Source of the DNA: Mobula hypostoma
Lineage: Eukaryota
Reading direction: 5' to 3'
Length of the DNA stretch: 64,000 bases
NCBI RefSeq assembly: GCF_963921235.1
Contig: NC_086109.1
Coordinates: 13,518,001-13,582,000 of the forward strand
In this document: piece after piece, positions 12,525 through 25,109 of the stretch
Layout: each line of letters begins with the position of its first letter
How positions within the stretch are numbered: the stretch's first letter is position 1
Made by a program: the position numbers and the translations under genes
Notes under the pieces: model-generated
What the model saw: only the letters and a program-made list of their open reading frames with translations
Database searches by the model: none
Told to the model about the DNA's origin: nothing

Positions 12525-12644
12525 GCACTCTTCTTCATGTGTCTAGTGTTTCTGCTGCATATTAATGCATCAGATTCATGGCGTGCTTTCATCAAAAACA
12601 CAATAGGAGCGGCAGGGAGCTGTCGGGAAAAGATCGATAATCTG
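12525..12644 (+). CDS. Coding exon 2 (ALFFMCLVFLLHINA-SDSWRAFIKNTIGAAGSCREKIDNL): signal peptide and putative helix A
   Basis: Acceptor ttttattgcag, 120 nt open, donor CTG|GTTAGA. Ends in KIDNL, like the exon-2 ends of FLT3LG (KIREL) and KITLG (VTKL). Confidence 0.8.
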
Positions 12645-13011
12645 GTTAGAAAACAAACAGTATAATGCTGACTCCTCAATGTCTAATGCATTTGCCCTTG
12701 TTAACACTAATAAACCCCCCCCCCCTTAAGTTAACACGAATAACCCCTGCTCTCCCTTTAAGTTAACAAATTTCACAACATATGTGCTGGTGATATTAAA
12801 CCTGATTCTGATTACGATATACCCACCAAACTATTATACCCTGAGCTATGATTTCCCACATGGACGCTACTAATCTTGATATAGCTTTTAACTCTCTGTA
12901 GTGCTGCCTGTAAGAGCTTCAATCCTTTTTAAAATACCCCAGAGGCCATAAACCCTAATGAACTTCAATTGCTTTAATGTCAGTCACCTTAACTGTATCT
13001 TTCTTTTCCAG

Positions 13012-13077
13012 GCTAGTACCCTGCTTCCAAGTGTGGTGCGATATGAAGTTTTATCAGATACAGACGTTGAAAATCTG
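13012..13077 (+). CDS. Coding exon 3 (ASTLLPSVVRYEVLSDTDVENL)
   Basis: Acceptor tctttcttttccag, donor CTG|GTAAGA, 66 nt, phase 0-0. Matches the short ~21-codon exon 3 of KITLG/CSF1. Confidence 0.85.
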
Positions 13078-13844
13078 GTAAGAAATTCTTATGTTGGATC
13101 AATTTTACAACAGCATGGAGTGCTGTTCTCTCTAAGTTGTTTTGCTCTATGAATGAGTATTAACGTATGTGGTGGAACACAGAAGCCAGATACTGACAGT
13201 TCAAGTTCAAGTTTAGTTTATTAACATTCAACCGTACACACATATACAATCAAACAAAACAATGTTCCTCTGGACCAAGGTGCATAATACAGTACATATA
13301 ACTCACACATACAACACTTAAAGAAATATTACTGGTATAAATTAACAAGTATAAGGTGTATTTACGACACAAGTTAAAATTAAACAGTGTAACACTACTG
13401 GCATTTCATATGTGATGAGACCTAGCTGGTGGCAGTGAATAGACTAGACTCACAGCCTGGGAGGGGAAGCTGTTCCCTATTCTAACAGTCCTTGTCATAA
13501 TGCTACGGTACGTCCTGCCTGATGATAGAGGGCCAAAAAGATCGTTGGATAGATGGGAGTGACCATTGACGATGCTAAGAGCTCAGCATACGCAGTACTC
13601 TGAATATATATATCTGATGGGTGGAATAGAAACCCCAGTGGTCTTCTAGGAATGGAGCATTCCTAGTTTAAGAACAGAAGCGGTGGGATTGCCGAGCAGC
13701 TCAGGAAACAATTGTGGAATGAGAAACAGAGTTAACATTTTGAGTTGACTGTATTTCATTAGGACTGTGCAAAGTTAGAAATAAACCAAGTTTTAAGAAG
13801 GGAAGAGGTGGAGAGGACAGATAGAGTGGAAGGCAGGAGAGATA

Positions 13845-15008
13845 CAGTGTTGTGCAAAAGTTTTGGGCACACGTATATTGCTAGGGTGCATAAGACGTTT
13901 GCACAGTACTGTATTTGTCAACAGTGGAGTGCAAGTTTGTAAATCTGGCGGGAGCGAAGGGTGTTGGAATGTCGGATCTGGAGTGCCACAGGAGGGGAGT
14001 GGGACAGGTGTCACGTGATTGGCAACAATGACTATCAATCGAATTGAGTCAGGTTTTATAAAAACAATCAAACATTTACTAAACTCTGCTCAATATTAAA
14101 AAAAAACAAATGAAAATCTTAACCGCAAGTAAACTGCTATGCAGCTATTTAACAAACCACCACTCAGTACTAGTTCTTAAAGTGATAAATGCGAAAACAG
14201 TCTTAAAGTGGTAAATTCAAACACAGTTCTTAGAATGGTAAATTTGAAAGTCCAAGAGATTTATACAGTCAATTAGGAGAGACTTTCCTGAAGTAAAGAA
14301 TTCCTCAAAGACGCGACATCACCGCCAATCCCAGCCGGATCCTGCCTTGTCTGCAGGATCACATCGATGGAAATAAAATATTTTAAAGGCACTAACCTTT
14401 CCCTCTGGATACTAGATACTGCACAACCTTTCTGCTGCTTTTAGCAGAGGCTATCTCATGCAGATCACTCTTACCTGAACGAATTCAATAATGGTCAATC
14501 CTTTCAACCGTCGAACAACTCCTTCAGGTTCCCGTCTTCACTCTCCAATGCTACTGAAAAGGTACATCAACAAATCTGGCAGCTATTGGTTAAACTGCCG
14601 GCCCAACACTTTTGTACCTTACAATAGAACGTAAAGCTCCGTTTTAAATCAAAACTGCGTCATAAAGCAAATACACAGGGGAACGGAGTATCTGGCTGAT
14701 GTTCTAACTGGAACCCAGGGGTCTCCTTTTATACCCGTGGTGAACGTGTCATCACGTGACGTCACATTGGTGGGAAAATTACATCAGGTGACCTCCAAAA
14801 GGCCATTACATCATCCTCATAAGACAGTCAGAAGATATTCATGAGGTATGTATCACAGGTGACAGAGAAGGAGTGCCGGGGGGGTGGGGGGGGCGGTTGC
14901 AGGTGCAGACACACCCAGCTCTAAGACACGAGGCAAGGTCATTTGATTCTAAACACATCTTAGGTACCCCAGCAATATATATGCATCTCAGGCTTTTGCA
15001 CAATATGG
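13845..15008. mobile_element. Non-autonomous Tc1/mariner-like composite element with mini-palindromic ends, interrupted by a solo LTR
   Basis: TA-CAGTGTTGTGCAAAAGTTTTGGGCAC...GTGCATAAGACGTTTGCACAGTACTG-TA (13845-13911); body homologous to 16346-17252. Confidence 0.6.
14009..14855 (-). mobile_element. Solo LTR, 847 bp
   Basis: TG...CA termini; 4-bp TSD CAGG (14005-14008 and 14856-14859); removing it restores the host sequence seen near 16510; minus-strand TATA box at about 14726-14733. Confidence 0.75.
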
Positions 15009-16345
15009 TATAAATCAGGACTGAATCTTGCAGCTGGGTGATGAAGAGAGGTGATCAAAGGGAATCGTAAAATCATGAAGGAAAGGCTTAGATGGAGTAG
15101 ACAGTCAGCAATCCCATGGTGGAAATGGAAAATACAAGAGGACATAATTTTAAGGTGATTGGAGGAAAATACACGGGGCATGTCAAAGTGTGTGGGTTTT
15201 TTTCCACACAGAATGTGGTGACTGTGTTGAATCTGCTGCCGTGGATACGTTAGGGGCATTTATGAGACTTTTAGATAGGACATGGATTATGCAGAAAGAG
15301 AGGACTACATGGGAGGGGAAGGGCAAGATTGATCTTTGAGTTGGTTAAAGGGTCAGCACAACATTGTGGGCCGCATGGCCTATACTGTGCTGTAATGTTC
15401 TACGTTCTGTGTGTTAAGTCAGCAGATCAGATAGTGAGGAGGCACAAACCAGGGATGTGATTGACTAAGGAATCAAAAGTGACAGGGGCAAAAACTCCTT
15501 TGTGCAGCGAGTGACTTCAAAAGAGTGCAACAATGATTCATGATAATTTTATCCTCAGTTATCAGGAGAGGCTGGTCAATCTAGAACTTTAATCATTGGA
15601 GTGTGGGAGATATTACAGAGATGTATAAAATCATAAGGGCCATAAGTAGAGTAAATCTTGCAGTCTCTTTCCTAGGGAAAGGGAATCAAAGACTAGAGGT
15701 CATAGGTTTAAGGTGAGGGGTGAATTGCCTGTGGAGCTATTTCTTCACACAAATGCTGGCGCATAGCTGGAACACGCTTCCAGAAGGAGTACTTGAGGTA
15801 GATACAATGACAACACTAAAAAGACATTTGGAAGGGTACATGGACAGGAAAGGTTTAGAGGGATTTGGGCATTTTGGCTGGCATTGTTGGATCTTGATAC
15901 TCTTGCGATCCAAAGGTTCTTTGGAAGTCAAGATTGAGGTGCAAACCTTGTTGCTTGCGACCATTTTATGAACTGCTACAAGAACAAAGAACAGGCAAAG
16001 AGAGCTGAGAGAAGCAAAGTAAAGAAAAAAAATGTAGGCCTGGTCATCTCCTGCTCAGACTAGAAATAACAACATTCCAGTGATAAAAGAGCCAGTTCCA
16101 AGTGGCATGACACCTACAGAAAACTAAACAGCTTCTAGAAAAGTGCAGAAGCAGCTGAACTTTTCACTGAATAATTACGTGTATATACAGTAGATGATTA
16201 TATATGAATATAGCTAAAAGGCCTTCTACTGAACTGTAAGACTCTATGAGTTATTGGGCTAGGGAATCGACTGGTAAGGAAGGCTCCATCGTATCCTCTG
16301 GAACAGAACTGGAAAAATATCCCAAAGGAAAGAATCTAGAGAATA

Positions 16346-17252
16346 CAGACTGTGCAAAAGTCCGAGGCACGTATAGACATAACTAGGTTACCGAAGACTT
16401 CTGCACGGTGTGGTAATTGTCAATGGGGAGCAGAAAGTGAGTTTATAAATCTGCCAGGAACAAAGGGTGATGATGGGAATAGTGAGGGTGGAGCACCGCG
16501 GGAAAAGTGTGGGACGGGTGGCAGAGAAGGTCTGCCAGGTGCCGGGGCAGTGGGGTAGGGGGTGGGGTGGTGGAGCAGGTGCAGATACACCCAGCCCTGA
16601 GACACCGGGCAAGGTCATTTGATTCCAAACAATTGGTTTTTTGATCATTACGGAATGTCTGTCTGGTGCTTCCCGCTCCCTCCCCCCTCCTTTCCCCTTT
16701 TCCCAACCATGATTCTTCTCTCCCTGCCCCCTTCCCACTCTCAATCCACAATAGAGACCCATATCAGAATCAGGTTTATCACTACTCATGTATGTCATGA
16801 AATCTGTTTTTTATTTTGTGTCAGCAGTACAGTGCAATACATAAAATTACTACAATACTGTTTAAAGGTGTTAGGCATCCTATCTATATATACAAGATAT
16901 TAAGAGGAATAGATAGAGTGGATAGCCAGTGCTTCTTCCCCAGGGCACCACTGCTCAACACAAGAGGACATGGCTTTAAGGTAAGGGGTGGGAAGTTCAA
17001 GGAGGATATTAGAGGAAGGTTTTTTACTCAGTGGTTGGTGCATGGAATGCACTGCCTGAGTCAGTGGTGGGGGCAGATACACGAGTGAAATTTAAGAGAC
17101 TACTAGACATGTATATGGAGGAATTTAAGGTGGGGGTTTTATGGGAGGCAGGGTTTAAGGATCAGCATAACATTGTGGGCCGAAGGGCCTGTACTGTGCT
17201 GTACTGTTCTGTGTTCTATGTTCTATTTGCCTTAGACTTCCGCACAGTTCTG
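16346..17252. mobile_element. Second copy of the mini-palindrome-ended element, with a CR1 3' fragment inserted at about 16888-17225
   Basis: CTGTGCAAAAG...CTTCTGCACGG end module; shared GCAGGTGCAGA-ACACCCAGC body; right end module split by CR1. Confidence 0.55.
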
Positions 17253-17439
17253 AATAAGGAGAGAGAGTGGGGCAAATTGGAGAAGTCTTATATTGGGTCA
17301 TCTGGGGACTGAAGAGCAACTGTGATTGACTAAGGAAGAGCATTTTGTGATTCTGTATTGGGACAAATCAAAAGAAAGGACCAAATTGGAGCAAATGTAA
17401 CCATACGAAGCAGAATCATGGAGAATTGCAAGTGGAAAC

Positions 17440-18725
17440 ACCATAAGACAGACATTGGTCCCATCATCTGCTTTGTCATTTCATCTTGCCTGATTTATTA
17501 CCCTTCTCAATCCCGTTCTCCTGTTTTCTTCCCATAACCTTTGATGCTCTTACTTATCAAGAACCTATCAAACAACACTTTAAATATACCCAATGACTTG
17601 GCCTCCACAGCCGTCAGTTGCAATGAATGCCACAGATTCACCACCTTCTGGGTAAAGAAATTCCTCCTCATCTCTGTTCTAAGGAGAAGTCCTTCTATTC
17701 TGAGGCTGTGCCCTCTGGCGCAAGACTCTCCCACTATTGGAAATATCCTCTCCACATCCACACTTTTTAGGCTTTTTAAAATTCGGTACACTTCAGTAAG
17801 ATCCCCCACTTTTCATTTGTGTTGAGGAGTGGAGCTGGATGAAATCCTGCGGAACTTAACAGTGCCGAGGACAGAGCTGCCCGCTTGATTAGTGTCCTCA
17901 GCCACCTTGACCATGAACTCTTCATTACAGTTATTGGGTCCAAGTCTTGGAATTCCTTATCTAAGAGCACTGTGGAGTCCCTTCACCTGACAAGCAGACT
18001 GTAATAGACTAAAAGGCATCTCACCACCAAGTTCTAAGGAGTATTTAAGGATGGAGATAAATCTGCAATTAACATATCTGTACAGAGTAAACTTAAACTT
18101 AAATATTCAAATAACCTCCAAACAAGTTCACCCAAACATAATACCATAAGCTATAGAAGCAGAATTAGGCCATTTGGCCCATCGAGTCTGCTCTACCATT
18201 TCATCATGGGTGATCCAATTTTTCTCTCAGCCCCAATCTCCTGTCTTCTCCTCATATTCTTTCATGCCTTGACCAATCAAGAATCTATCAACCTCTGCCT
18301 TAAATATACTTAAAGACCTGGCCTCCATAGCTGCCTGTGACAAAGAAATCCACAGATTCACCACTCTCTGGCTAAAGAAATTCCTCCTCATCTCTTTTCT
18401 AAGAGCACGCCCCTCAATTCTGATGCTGTGTCCTCTGGTTTTAGGCTCTCCCACCATAGGGAACATCCTCTCCATATCCACTTTCTCAAGGCCTTACACT
18501 CTTTGATAGGTTTCAATGAGTTTATCCCTCATTCTTCGGAATTCCAGTGAATAGAAGCGCAGAGCCATCAAACACACTTTATATGACAAGTGATTCAATT
18601 CTGGAATCATTTTTGTGAACGTCCTTTGAACCCTCTCATGTTTCAGCAGTTTCTCAGATAAGGGACCCAAAGTTGCTCACAATACTCCAAGTGAGGCCTC
18701 GCCAGCGCTTTGTAAAGTCTCAACT
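17440..18725 (-). mobile_element. Two CR1 3' fragments (about 17440-17810 and 18143-18725)
   Basis: ORFs 17507..17809 and 18227..18481 with RGHS.RI and RRNFF.Q.VVNLW. Confidence 0.85.
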
Positions 18726-19099
18726 CTTTCCTTATGATCAACAATTCTTTGTACCCTTTTCCCTGAGCACTAGCTTAACTTGCAAATAGAACCACTCGTG
18801 AAGTGCAACCAAATGAGGTTATTTGTGGTCAGCAACTTTTGAGGAGCAGCAATAAAAAATGCACTCATAAATCAAAAGCAATTACCAGAAAATTCTGGAG
18901 GAACTCAGCCAGTCAAGAGACATCAATGGAAAACAAGAAAAGCTAGTGTTTCAGATCGAGAACTGTGGGTTGAAGAGCAGTGACAAATCTTGTGGGATAG
19001 AGCTATTAAGAAAAACAAAAACTTTATATCATCATAGAAGTTTCTTCCCTTGGACAAATTATCTGATTAACCATTCTACTTGTCACCCCACCCTGTCTG

Positions 19100-20468
19100 C
19101 TGGAGTCAGTTATCAAAGATGTGATAACAGCACATTTGGAAAGCGGTGAAATCATTGGACAAAGTCAGCATGGATTTGTGAAAGGAAAATCATGTCTGAC
19201 AAATCTCACAGAATTTTTTGAGGGTGTAACCAGTAGAGTGGATAGGGGAGAACCAGTGGATGTGGTATATTTGGATTTTCAAAAGGCTTTTGACAAGGTC
19301 CCACACAGGAGATTAGTGTGCAAACTTAAAGCACACGGTATTGGAGGTAAGGTATTGATGTGGATGGAGAATTGGTTAGCAGACAGGAAGCAAAGAGTGG
19401 GAATAAACGGGACCTTTTCAGAATGGCAGGCGGTGACTAGTGGGGTACCGCAAGGCTCAGTGCTGGGACCCCAGTTGTTTACAATATATATTAATGACTT
19501 GGATGAGGGAATTAAATGCAGCATCTCCAAGTTTGCGGATGACACGAAGCTGGGTAGCAGTGTTAGCTGTGAGGAGGATGCTAAGAGGATGCAGAGTGAC
19601 TTGGATAGGTTGGGTGAGTGGGCAAATTCATGGCAGATGCAATTTAATGTGGATAAATGTGAAGTTATCCACTTTGGTGGCAAAAATAGGAAAACAGATT
19701 ATTATCTGAATGGTGGCCGATTAGGAAAAGGGGAGGTGCAACGAGACCTGGGTGTCATTATACACCAGTCATTGAAAGTGGGCATGCAGGTACAGCAGGC
19801 GGTGAAAAAGGCAAATGGTATGCTGGCATTTATAGCGAGAGGATTCGAGTACAGGAGCAGGGAGGTACTACTGCAGTTGTACAAGGCCTTGGTGAGACCA
19901 CACCTGGAGTATTGTGTGCAGTTTTGGTCCCCTAATCTGAGGAAAGACATTCTTCCCGTAGAGGGAGAGCAAAGAAGGTTCACCAGATTGATTCCTGGGA
20001 TGGCAGGACTTTCATATGAAGAAAGACTGGATGAACTGGGCTTGTACTCGTTGGAATTTAGAAGATTGAGGGGGGATCTGATTGAAACGTATAAAATCCT
20101 AAAGGGATTGGACAGGCTAGATGCAGGAAGATTGTTCCCGATGTTGGGGAAGTCCAGAACAAGGGGTCACAGTTTGAGGATAAAGGGGAAGCCTTTTAGG
20201 ACCGAGATTAGGAAAAACTTCTTCACACAGAGAGTGGTGAATCTGTGGAATTCTCTGCCACAGGAAACAGTTGAGGCCAGTTCATTGGCTATATTTAAGA
20301 GGGAGTTAGATATGGCCCTCGTGGCTAAAGGGATCAGGGGGTATGGAGGGAAGGCTGGGGCGGGTTTCTGAGTTGGATGATCAGCCATGATCATAATAAA
20401 TGGCGGTGCAGGCTCGAAGGGCCGAATGGCCTACTCCTGCACCTATTTTCTATGTTTCTATGTTTCTA
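19100..20468 (+). mobile_element. Young 5'-truncated CR1, near-identical to 1805-3349
   Basis: ORF 19121..20371 is almost identical in protein to 1779..3248 and has the same tail. Confidence 0.95.
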
Positions 20469-20649
20469 TATTGGCATTTATGTATTTATGCTCATTTTAC
20501 TGTACTTAACCTCTAACTTAATTTTTGGATAACACCTCTTTCTTAATAATTGTTCAATGCTGTCATTTTTTGTTGCTAGCTCGCCAACACACCATAGCAA
20601 GTGCACCATAAATCCGTTGTCATATTTACCTTTGCTGGCGACACCGGTG

Positions 20650-21495
20650 CCATTGGCTAAATCAAAGGTGATGAATCAGCATGTAGGAGAGAGATTGAAA
20701 ATCTGGCTGAATGATGCCACAACAACATCCTCTCACTCAGTATCAGCAAGACCATTATGACTTCAGGATGAGGAGACCAGGGGTCTGTGAGCTAGTCCTT
20801 ATCAGGGGATTAGAGGTGGTGAGGGTCAGCAACTTTAAAGTCCTCAGTGTTATTATTTCAGAGGATCTGTCCAGGGCCCATATATAAGTGCAGTTATGAA
20901 GAAAACACAGCTGCTGTTGTATCTAGTTAGGAGTTTGAAAAAATTCAGCATGACATCTAAAACCTTGACAAACACCCATAGATGTGTGGTGGAGAGAATA
21001 TTGACTGGTTGCATCATGACTTGGTGTGGAAACACCGATGCCCGTGAATGAAAATGCCTGCAAAATGTGGGTAAAGCCCTCCCCACCATTGAGTACATCT
21101 ACATAGAGCATTGTCACAGGAAAGCAGCATCCATTATTAGGGAACCCCACCAGCCATCTCATGCTGTCTTCTCTCTGTTGCCATCAAAAAGAAGGGACAG
21201 GAACCTTAGGACTCACACCAGGTTCAGGAACAGTTATTACCCATCAACCATCAGGCTCTTGAACCAGTGGGGATAACTTCACTTGCCCCATCACAGAACT
21301 GTTCCCACAACCAATTAATTCACGTTCAAGGACTTTTCATCTCATGTTCTCCATATTTATTGCTTAATTATTTTTATTATTTTTTTTTCTTTTGTATTTG
21401 CAGTTTGTTGCCTTTTGCACATCTGGTTATTTGTTGGGTGCTGTCTTTTCATTGATTCCATTATGGTTCTTGGATTTACTAAGCTTGCATGAAAA
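20650..21495 (+). mobile_element. Rex1/Babar-like LINE 3' fragment, host of the Gypsy insertion
   Basis: KAASIIREPHQPSHAVFSLLPS...FRNSYYPSTIRLLN; tail appears to resume near 26301. Confidence 0.75.
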
Positions 21496-21497
21496 CG

Positions 21498-24400
21498 TGT
21501 TACGACACGCACCCATCCAGGGTTTAGACACTAACTGTCTGGAGCATGGGTAGCTAGTGCAGCACCTTTAAAGATTCAGAGCAGTCCCACTAATTGCCGT
21601 TTATGTTTTAAGCACCAAGGTTTGAGCATTTAAGGAGCACCTGAACTGAGGTTCGATGCTCAATTGTAAGCCTACTCACGATTACGTCTAGTGTTTGTTT
21701 TGAGCTCAGGTTCTCTTTCCACTTTGAAACCCTGTCTCAATTCTAGCCTTGGATACTCCTCATCTGAGTCCAAGCCATTCTCGTCAAAGACTCTCATCAC
21801 AGTATGACTGAGTCAGTATGGACCCAATGGGGTACCAGAGTCTTTCGCCTGCTGTGACCAGCCACAGCAAAGATGTTTCCCGACAGAGCCTGCAGGTACA
21901 ACACGACCTCCAGGTATCCATGGGTCAACTTGTGCAACGAGGAGAGCAGAGTCGCTTGGGAAAACCAGTCAAAGCCAGCACATCTTCCAACCCAGAGAGA
22001 TTCGAAGGTCACCTGGGTTCTTATCTCGACTTCCTCATCCAGTGCTCGTTAGTGTTTGAGGGATTCATTTGGCCCTCCACCTCTCCAGCCAGCACTGGCT
22101 TCTTCTTAGAACAGAAGGTGGACAGGAATCTGTAGCCTTACATTGACTATAGAGGGCTGAATTGCAAAACAGTCAAGGATGGTTACTCTCTTCCACTCAT
22201 GAACACTGCTTTCGAGATTTTCCAAGGAGCAAGAGTATTCTTGAAGCTGGTCCTGCAGAGTGCATACAACCTCATTCACTTAAAGGCAGATGGTGACTGA
22301 AAGACAGCATTCAACACACCGACAGGGCCCTGTAAGTACCTAGTTATGCCCTCGTCCTTATGAATCTGCCAGCAGTTTTCCAGACCTTTATAAATGACAT
22401 CCTCCTGGATGCTTTCCATAAGTATATCTTCATCTACTTGGATGACATCCTAATTTTCTCGAAGTCATTGGAGCAGCACATCACTCAAGTCAAAGATATC
22501 CTAAAGAGGCTTCTTGAACATGGATTTTACGTCAGGCTGGAGAAGTCCAAATTTCACATAACCACTTAAAAGTTGCTGGTGAACGCAGCAGGCCAGGCAG
22601 CATCTCTAGGAAGAGGTGCAGTCAACGTTTCAGGCCGAGACCCTTCGTCTGATGAAGGGTCTCGGCCTGAAACGTCGACTGCACCTCTTCCTAGAGATGC
22701 TGCCTGGCCTGCTGCGTTCACCAGCAACTTTTATGTGTGTTGCTTGAATTTCCAGCATCTGCAGAATTCCTGTTGTTCACATAACCACTATTTCTTTTTG
22801 GGCTTCATCCTCTCGAATGACAGTCTCAAGATGGACCCTAGAAGGAAGCAGGTCGTCGGAGACTGGCCACCACCATCCAGTGTGAAGCAGATGCAACAAT
22901 TCTTGGGATTTGCCAACTTTTATCGAAAGTTTGTCAGGAACTTCAGCTCAGTGGTGGCTCCACTGACAGCACTAACCAAGAGATCCATGGGCCCTTTTAT
23001 TTGGACTACCGAGGTGGAGGCTGTTTCTCAGAGCTCAAACAGTGGTTCACGACAGCTCTCAACTTGGTCGCACCTAACCCGGACCTTCCTTTCATCCTGG
23101 AAATGGACGCCTCAGATGTCAGAGTGGATGCAGTGTTGACTCGATGAACATCTTCGGACAATAAACTGCACCCATGTGTGTCCTTCTCCAGGTGATTATC
23201 CCTGGCAGAGGTGAATTACGACATTGGGATTAGAGAACTGCTCACGATCGAGTTGGCTGTGGAGGAATGGCGTCACTGGTTCAAGGGAGCCAAGAGTCTT
23301 GTTACCGTATGGACGGACCACAAGAACCTGGCTAATATTCAGGAGGCCAAGAGACTGAATTCCAGGCAGGCCTGATGGTCTTTTTTCTTTAATCGTTTTG
23401 ATTTCATCCTGACCAAGATCTAAGAACCAGAAGCCAGATGCCTTCTCCTGTCCAAGCAATGAATCTGAACGGGAAAAGCTGCCTGCCACTCTTTTGCCCC
23501 AGGTCAAAGTGATAGCGCCTATTCATTGGGGGATTGGCACACTTGTTCACAAGGCCCAGGGAAAAGGGGAAATTCCTCAGAGTGGCCCCCTGGGTCAGCT
23601 GTTTGTTCCTAGTCCTGTCCAGTCACAGGTTCTTCAGTGGGGACATGCATCAAGATTCATATCTCACCCAGGGATTGCCAGAACCCTCGAGTTCATTAAG
23701 AGAAGATATTAGTGGCCTGGAATGCTGAGGGAGGTCCATCCACATGTGCAGGCATGCGAGGTGTGCGTGCAGAACAGGGGGTCCTGCACCCAACCTCAAG
23801 AGCTCCTTCATCTTCTGCCTGTTCCGGACAGACCATGGGCGCACACGTCCGTGGACTTTGTCATGGTAACTGAGGATCATTTTTCAACTTCCGTCTGTGG
23901 CAAAGGTCTACAGGATCCACGGCTTTCCGGTGGACATTGAGTCAGATCGCGGTCCACAGTTCGCATCACGTTTCTGGAGGGCATTTTGCAAACTGATTGA
24001 GGCAACAGCGAGTCTTTCCTCTGGGTTTCACCCGCAGTCCAATGGCCAGTCAGAGCAGATGAACCAAGATATGATGACTGTATACCTCTAAAAGACCGAA
24101 TGATTGGAGCAACCACTTGATGTGGGCAGAGTCTACCCAAAACACTTTACAGCATTCGGTGCACGGGATGTCCCCTTTCAAATGCCAATTTGGGCGTTCT
24201 CCACCACTCTTCCCTGAGCAAGGAGGCAGAGGTTGGGGTTCCTGTGGCTGAAGATCTCATCCGACACTGCAAGGTGAGATGGACTAGGGCAAGGGAGATT
24301 TTGTTAGCTTCTACCCGGAAGGCTGAAGTAAAAACTAACCGCAAGAGCAGATGGGGACCAGTTTTGCAGCTTGGGCAACAGGTCGATCTGTCTCATGGAG

Positions 24401-25100
24401 TGGAATCCAGGAAACTGGCACCCAAGTTCATTGGACCCTTCAGGATTCTCGGGAAAGTAAACCCTGTGGCCTACACCTTGCAGCTCCCCAAGACCCTCAA
24501 AATCCCACTTTCCATGTTTCCAAGTTAAAGCCTGTGAACACCGGCCCATTAGCCTCACCACCATCAGGCCCGCCGCCACCCAGGTTTGCCGATGGGGAAC
24601 AGGTTTTCACTGTGAGAAGAATTTTGGACTCACGTACTGTCCGAGCTGTTCAGCAATATCTCATGGACTGGGAAGGATTCGAACCAGAGGAGAGGTGTTG
24701 GGCGCCCGAAAGAGACATGTTGGATTTAGCTCTCATCCATAACTACAATTGTTCCTCCAAGCAGCCGGCCATAGAGGAGGAGGTCCTGGTACGACACACA
24801 CCCATCTGAGCCAGCTTCTGAGGCTTAGATGCTCTCATTCTCCAGAGTATGGATAGCTGACTCGGCCCCTTTAAATATTCAGGACGGTCTCATTTATTGG
24901 CAATCATGTTTTGGGTGCCAAGTCTTGAGCACTTAAGGAGAACCTGAAATGAGGTAATCAATCGTAAGCCTACTTGGAACTTTGTCTAGTGTTTGTTTTG
25001 TGCTCAGATTCTCAGTCCAGTTTGAATCCATGTCTCGATTCTTGCCTCAGACACTCCGGCAATTGGGTCCAAGCCATCCTCGTCAAGGACTGTCGTCATA
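21498..25100 (+). mobile_element. Ty3/Gypsy chromovirus (Sushi-like) LTR retrotransposon, internally deleted and degraded
   Basis: LTRs 21498-21801 and 24787-25100; PPT AGAGGAGGAGG; gag start MDP...NPERFEG; RT YLDDILIFS; FLGFANFYRKF; integrase SDRGPQF...[19 protein letters not shown]; chromodomain FTVRRILDSR...YLMDWEG. Confidence 0.9.
22567..22775 (+). mobile_element. Penelope fold-back insertion inside Gypsy pol
   Basis: Inverted arms joined at about 22648; 14-bp TSD TTCACATAACCACT at 22553-22566 and 22776-22789. Confidence 0.9.
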
Positions 25101-25109
25101 AAAACAAAT

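Noticed and set aside
21818..22135. Domesticated gag gene (PEG10/RTL-like)
   Set aside because: It lies inside an LTR-bounded element, is truncated, and is followed by a pol with stops and frameshifts.
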